From the NCBI GenBank assembly GCA_027314765.1, contig DAHVAF010000260.1:1-41411 (forward strand): DNA of 41,411 bases. The letters are read 5' to 3'. Both the position numbers and the translations under genes were made by a program. Position 1 is the stretch's first letter. Each line of letters begins with the position of its first letter. The stretch comes from Clostridia bacterium. Lineage in GTDB: Bacteria; Bacillota; Sulfobacillia; RBS10-35; JAJYVM01. Positions 36,805-41,411 of this stretch are shown one piece after another. Below the pieces are notes generated by a model, which saw only the letters and a list, made by a program, of their open reading frames with translations, did not search any database and was not told where the DNA came from.

Positions 36805-37707
36805 GTGGGCATCCAGGTCCAGGAGGTCGGGCCGCGCGACGGCCTGCAGAACGACCCCGCCCGCCTCAGCGCCGCGCAGAAGGTCGCGCTGGTGGAGCGG
36901 CTGGCGGCGGCCGGCCTGCGCCGGATCGAGACCGGCAGCTTCGTGCACCCCAGGGCCGTGCCGGCCATGGCCGACAGCGAGGCCGTGTTCGCAGGCATCC
37001 ACCGGCGTCCAGGGGTCTCCTACTCGGGCCTGGCGCTGAACGGGCGCGGGGTCGAGCGCGCGCTCGCCGCCACGGTGGACGAGGTCCACCTCAGCTTCGG
37101 GATCACGGAGTCGTTCAACCAGAAGAATCAGCGCCAGAGCCCGGAGGACAACTTCCGTGCGTTCTGCGAGCTCCTGCCGAAGGTGAAGGCGGCGGGGATC
37201 CCGTGCACGCTGACCTTCTCCGTGGCGTTCGGGTGCCCGTTCGAGGGCCAGGTGGACCCCGGGCGGGTTATGTCCTTCGTCGAGCGGGCGGCCGAGGCGG
37301 GGTTCGATGAGATCGGGCTCGCCGACACCATCGGTGTCGCCGTGCCAAGCCAGGTCAGCGCGCTCTTCACGCGGGCGCGGGGGACGATCGGCACTCGCGT
37401 GCCGATCGCCGCTCACTTCCACAACACCCGCAGCACGGGCCTGGCCAACGCCTACGCCGCGCTGGAGTCCGGCGCCACCATCTTCGACGCCGCCGTCGGC
37501 GGGACGGGCGGCTGTCCCTTCGCCCCCAACGCCACGGGGAACATCGCCACCGAGGACCTCGTCTACATGCTGGACGGCATGGGCGTCGCGACGGGTATCG
37601 ACCTCGAAGCGCTGATCGAGGTCGCCCGCTGGCTGGAGGGCCAGCTCGGCCACCGCCTGGAGGGCATGGTCATGAAGGCCGGGCCGTTCCGGACCGTGCC
37701 GGCCTGA
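36805..37707 (+). CDS. HMG-CoA lyase family protein
   Basis: EVGPRDGLQN, SFVHPRAVPAMAD, LADTIG, HFHNT, GGCPFAP..TGNIATED. Confidence 0.93.
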   Translation: MGIQVQEVGPRDGLQNDPARLSAAQKVALVERLAAAGLRRIETGSFVHPRAVPAMADSEAVFAGIHRRPGVSYSGLALNGRGVERALAATVDEVHLSFGITESFNQKNQRQSPEDNFRAFCELLPKVKAAGIPCTLTFSVAFGCPFEGQVDPGRVMSFVERAAEAGFDEIGLADTIGVAVPSQVSALFTRARGTIGTRVPIAAHFHNTRSTGLANAYAALESGATIFDAAVGGTGGCPFAPNATGNIATEDLVYMLDGMGVATGIDLEALIEVARWLEGQLGHRLEGMVMKAGPFRTVPA

Positions 37708-37941
37708 CGGCGTCCCGACAAACCGCAGCGCGCCTGTGTGCGGCGGCCCGTTGGGGCCGCCGCTCCGATTCCCGCCAAAGCCAATTGGTGGATGGACCAG
37801 GGAGTCCTGCGCGGCGGCCTGCGTCGGGCCCCATCACCTCGGTACAGGAAGCTCAAGCTTTCTGCAGTGCACTGGGCGCGCTTGGCCTGCCGTGAGTGGC
37901 TGGACTAGCGTGTCAGGGGGGTGATGTTGATTCGTAAGGAC

Positions 37942-38766
37942 ATGAGCCGCTGGCTGACAGTCGCGGTCGGTGCGGTCCTCGTCGCCGCGGCGCCTTTGGG
38001 CGCCCCGGCTGTGGCGGCGGCCGCCACCTCGTCCTTCACCTACACGAGTCCCGTGACGTACGGGGTCCTGAACGGATCCAGCGGAGGGGCCTCGCTGCCG
38101 AGCCAGCTCGGCGGCAGCTCGACCACAACCACGTTCACATCCCAGTCCACGACGTCGAGCTTATCCCAAGGGGTCACGTACTCGACCGGCTCGTTGAGCC
38201 AGAGCTCCGACCTGAGCGAAGTGCTGGCGCTGCTGTACGGTACGCAGGCAACCGGGCCGAACGGCTACGTCTCCACGGGCTCCAGCACGACCTCCACGGG
38301 CAGCGGCTCGATGAGCACGGGCTCGGCCAGCACGGGCTCGGCCAGCACGGGCTCGACGCCGTCGAGCTCGTGCAGCCTGGGGGCCGGGACCACCCAGTAC
38401 GTGCTCTGCATGACCAACGCGCAGCGGGCCCTCGTCGACGCCCAACCCCTTGCGCTGGACCCCACACTGGACTCGATCGCGCAGCAGCGGGCAAACGCGC
38501 TCGCGGCGCAGGGCACCATCGCGCATGACATCCCCGGGCTCGGCTACGCGCTCGCGATGGAACAGGCCGCTGGCGTGACGGGCACCCTGCTCGGGGCGGA
38601 GGACCTGTCCACGGGCTCGACGGTCACGCAGGCGTTCTACATGCTCGTAACCAGCCCCGAGCACGAGGCCAACATTCAGTACGCCCCATACAACAAGATC
38701 GGCATCGCCGTCGCGTCGATGGCCGACGGCACGCTGGTCCTGGACCTGGTCTTCATCGAGCAGTAG
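37942..38766 (+). CDS. Secreted CAP/SCP-domain protein with Ser/Thr-rich linker; start may be 37921 or 37924
   Basis: Signal peptide ending AVAAA; S/T/G-rich region; TNAQRA..LDPTL..AQQRA..H..AEDL..SPEHEANI..IGI. Confidence 0.8.
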   Translation: MSRWLTVAVGAVLVAAAPLGAPAVAAAATSSFTYTSPVTYGVLNGSSGGASLPSQLGGSSTTTTFTSQSTTSSLSQGVTYSTGSLSQSSDLSEVLALLYGTQATGPNGYVSTGSSTTSTGSGSMSTGSASTGSASTGSTPSSSCSLGAGTTQYVLCMTNAQRALVDAQPLALDPTLDSIAQQRANALAAQGTIAHDIPGLGYALAMEQAAGVTGTLLGAEDLSTGSTVTQAFYMLVTSPEHEANIQYAPYNKIGIAVASMADGTLVLDLVFIEQ

Positions 38767-39075
38767 GCCCTGCCCAGGGGGCTCTCTCCAGCGGGCTGGC
38801 GCCCCGGCCGATGCCGGACTGGCGTCCAGCCCGCCTTCACATGGAGGTCAGGACCAACGGCGCAAGGCTGCGTGAAGCGACTGCGCCCTCGGATGCGGCC
38901 GTGCTGCCGAAGGTGCCGTCACCACACCTCGGCGGCAACTGCGTGGTGTTCGTCCCCGGCAGCGTCGAGACGGGCGCACGCCATCCTCGCGACTTTCCCC
39001 GACGCTGGCCCACGTCGCCCCTCCTCAGCCGATCGGAGCCCGAAGCAGCAACACAGCGCTCGAGCGGTCAACGCT

Positions 39076-39103
39076 CACCCCCCGCGACATGACTCCATAC
39101 CAT
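39076..39103 (+). promoter_or_regulatory. Sigma-K-type sporulation promoter
   Basis: CACC-N16-CATACCAT matches mACm-N16-CATAnnnT. Confidence 0.55.
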
Positions 39104-39145
39104 GTCCAGGCGCGGGCTCGACTCGGGCGCCGCAGGTGGAGATTC

Positions 39146-39904
39146 ATGAGCCGCAACGTTCTCGTCAAGGGCGTCATCCTCGCTGGCGGCACGGGGTCGC
39201 GGCTTGACCCTCTGACGCGTGTGACGAACAAGCACCTTCTGCCCGTGGGTGGGTGCCCAATGATCTGCCATCCCGTCGCGAAGCTCGCTCGGGCCGGAAT
39301 CCGCGATCTTCTGGTGGTCACCGGGACCGACCCCGTGGGCGCGGTCGCACGGCTGCTCGGCAGCGGACGTCAGTGGGGCGTCGACGTCACCTTCCGCGTG
39401 CAGGACGCACCGGCAGGAATCGCGGATGCGCTGGCCATGGCGGAGGGTTTTGCCGGCAACAATCCCGTGGCCGTCCTGCTGGGCGACAATATCTTTCAGG
39501 CCGATCTGGCCCCGTACGTGGCGCGCTTCCTCGACGGCGGCAGCGGGGCCCACGTCCTGCTCAAGCAGGTTTCCGACGCTGGCCGGTTTGGCGTGGCGAC
39601 CATCGAGGGCAGCCGCATCGCCCGCATCGACGAGAAGCCTGCGCATCCGCGCACCGATCTGTGCGTCACGGGCATCTACATGTACCGTCCCGATGTGTTC
39701 CAGGTCATCCGCACGGTCCGGCCCTCAACCCGCGGCGAGCTGGAGATCTCCGACGTCAACAACCACTATGCGCACACCAGGGACCTCAGCCACGACGTGC
39801 TTGACGGGTGGTGGATCGACGCCGGCACGGTCCCTGCCCTGCAGGAAGCGGACCGCCTGGCGCTGCACATGCCGGACAACCCGTGCTCCGTGACCCACCG
39901 ATGA
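39146..39904 (+). CDS. rfbA: Glucose-1-phosphate thymidylyltransferase-like, short SpsI-like form
   Basis: KGVILAGGTGSRLDPLT..NKHLLP, GIADAL, LGDNIF, RGELEISDVN, WIDAGT. Confidence 0.9.
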   Translation: MSRNVLVKGVILAGGTGSRLDPLTRVTNKHLLPVGGCPMICHPVAKLARAGIRDLLVVTGTDPVGAVARLLGSGRQWGVDVTFRVQDAPAGIADALAMAEGFAGNNPVAVLLGDNIFQADLAPYVARFLDGGSGAHVLLKQVSDAGRFGVATIEGSRIARIDEKPAHPRTDLCVTGIYMYRPDVFQVIRTVRPSTRGELEISDVNNHYAHTRDLSHDVLDGWWIDAGTVPALQEADRLALHMPDNPCSVTHR

Positions 39905-40893
39905 GAATTCTGGTCACCGGCGGGGCGGGGTTCATCGGCAGCAGCCTCGTGCGGCTTCTGACCGACGAAACGGATGCTGCCGTGACGGTCCTGGATGCGC
40001 TCACATATGCCGGCGACACCATCAACTTGGCAGGTCTCGAGCACCGCATCCGCTTTGTGCGTGGCGATGTGTGCGATCCGACAGCTGTGTCGGAAGCCAT
40101 GGCTCGTGCCGATGCGGTGATTCATCTTGCCGCCGAGAGCCACGTCGACCGGAGCATCGCCTCGCCGCAGGCGTTCGTTCAGACGAACGTGGTTGGCACT
40201 CAGGTCGTCCTGGATGGCGCCCGGGCCGCTGGTGTGGCACGCGTGGTCCACGTCTCGACCGACGAGGTCTACGGGGCGCTGGGGGCGACTGGACGCTTCA
40301 GTGAGCTGAGCCCATTGAGGCCGACAAGTCCCTACGCCGCCAGCAAGGCGGCCGCGGAGATGCTGGTCCGTGCGTGGCATGAAACGTACGGTTTGCCAAC
40401 GCTGGTCAGCCGCTGCGGCAACAACTTCGGCCCGCGCCAGACGCCTGAGAAGCTCATCCCCCTGGTCATCCACCGCGCCCTGCACGACCAGTCGGTGCCC
40501 GTCTATGGGGATGGGCGCAACGTTCGCGAGTGGGTCCATGTCGAGGACCACTGTCGCGCGCTGGTTCGGATCCTGGAGGCCGGCCGCCCAGGCCATGTCT
40601 ACAACGTGGGCTCCGGCCAGGAGTGCAGCAACTTGGTACTCGTGGAGCACGTACTGCGCCTGCTCGGAAAACCCAGATCGCTTATCACCTTCGTCAGCGA
40701 CCGTCCGGCGCACGACTCCCGCTACGCGCTCGACTCCGCCAAGCTGCGGCGTGAGCTGGGCTGGAAGGCCCGCCAGCCGTTCCGCGCGGGACTCGAGGCC
40801 ACGGTCGCCTGGTACGCCGAAAACCCGATCTGGCTCGAGCACATGGAGCGGCGCTTGGGCACTTCCCGGGTCGATCACCTCGCCCCACGCTAG
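39901..40893 (+). CDS. rfbB: dTDP-glucose 4,6-dehydratase
   Basis: VTGGAGFIGS, DALTYAG, AAESHVDRSI, VSTDEVYG, PYAASKA, DRPAHDSRY. Confidence 0.95.
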   Translation: MRILVTGGAGFIGSSLVRLLTDETDAAVTVLDALTYAGDTINLAGLEHRIRFVRGDVCDPTAVSEAMARADAVIHLAAESHVDRSIASPQAFVQTNVVGTQVVLDGARAAGVARVVHVSTDEVYGALGATGRFSELSPLRPTSPYAASKAAAEMLVRAWHETYGLPTLVSRCGNNFGPRQTPEKLIPLVIHRALHDQSVPVYGDGRNVREWVHVEDHCRALVRILEAGRPGHVYNVGSGQECSNLVLVEHVLRLLGKPRSLITFVSDRPAHDSRYALDSAKLRRELGWKARQPFRAGLEATVAWYAENPIWLEHMERRLGTSRVDHLAPR

Positions 40894-41120
40894 CAGCCCT
40901 TTGAGACTTCTTTGCGCCATGGCCCACGGCCGTTGACGCCGCCCCGCGCCACGGCCGCGGGCACTGGCGCTGCACGGCCCGCAAGGAAGCCCAGCATGGC
41001 GTGCCGGCGGCCGTTTGACCTCCTCATCCTCGGCCCTGCGCCCGTCCGGTCCATGAACGACGGTCCGGCCCTTGGGCAGATGCCGCGCGACAAAGGCAAA
41101 AGGTTGTGAACCGCCACGGT

Positions 41121-41148
41121 AACCAACGCGCGGGCAAGGTCATAGGTT
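41121..41148 (+). promoter_or_regulatory. Second sigma-K-type promoter
   Basis: AACC-N16-CATAGGTT. Confidence 0.55.
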
Positions 41149-41307
41149 GGACTGGCAGTGGTGGACAAGGGGCGGCCGCGCCCGTGATCCTCGCAGCCGC
41201 TGCCCAGCGCGAACCGAGCGCGGGGGGGATGGAGCCGAAGCGCGCCCGTCGGCGGGGGACTGAGCGATCATCGCCCCGCAAAGCGGGGCACAGGGAGGAT
41301 GGATGCC

Positions 41308-41411
41308 GTGTCGACCTCGACTCCGGTCATCGAGTGTATCGAGGCCCTGAAGGTCTTCGACAACTGCGCCGACGTCGTCAAGATCTCCGGCGAGTGCGAC
41401 CCCCTGCCTGC
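41308..41411 (+). CDS. 5' end of a probable Cys-rich spore coat/exosporium-type protein, truncated by the window edge
   Basis: RBS GGGAGG then GTG; ECIEALKVFDNC resembles the CIxxxKV(Y/F)DxC motif of clostridial spore proteins. Confidence 0.5.
   Translation, partial: MSTSTPVIECIEALKVFDNCADVVKISGECDPLP

Noticed and set aside
36805-37707. Functional link between the HMG-CoA lyase and the HMGR-like gene
   Set aside because: They are 33 kb apart in separate operons, and the CoA-transferase/lyase pair is a common independent module.
38811-39092. 93-aa ORF between the CAP gene and rfbA
   Set aside because: No recognisable motif or convincing RBS, and it overlaps the predicted sigma-K promoter.

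Overview
Very high-GC DNA with Bacillota (Firmicutes)-type gene order, probably from a spore former: there are sigma-K-like promoters and Spo0A boxes, and no flgH/flgI in the basal-body cluster. From left to right: an internally deleted fadH pseudogene and fabH; a separately promoted two-gene operon encoding a divergent class I HMG-CoA-reductase-fold enzyme and a ferritin-like diiron protein with a C-terminal Cys cluster; topA and xerC; an antisense CoA-transferase III gene; hslV and hslU; an IS1634-family remnant where codY normally sits; a c-di-GMP-I riboswitch with terminator; a ~21 kb flagellar operon (flgB to sigD) lacking che and mot genes and containing a ~260 bp GGA-rich tandem array before flhB; a TrmB regulator, CoA-transferase and HMG-CoA lyase operon; a secreted CAP protein; rfbA/rfbB-like genes; and a truncated spore-coat-like gene. 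The best novelty candidates are the HMGR-like/diiron operon, the GGA-rich array, two apparent CTG start codons, and signs that the flagellar switch is uncoupled from chemotaxis. All family calls come from motif recognition by eye; no searches were run.
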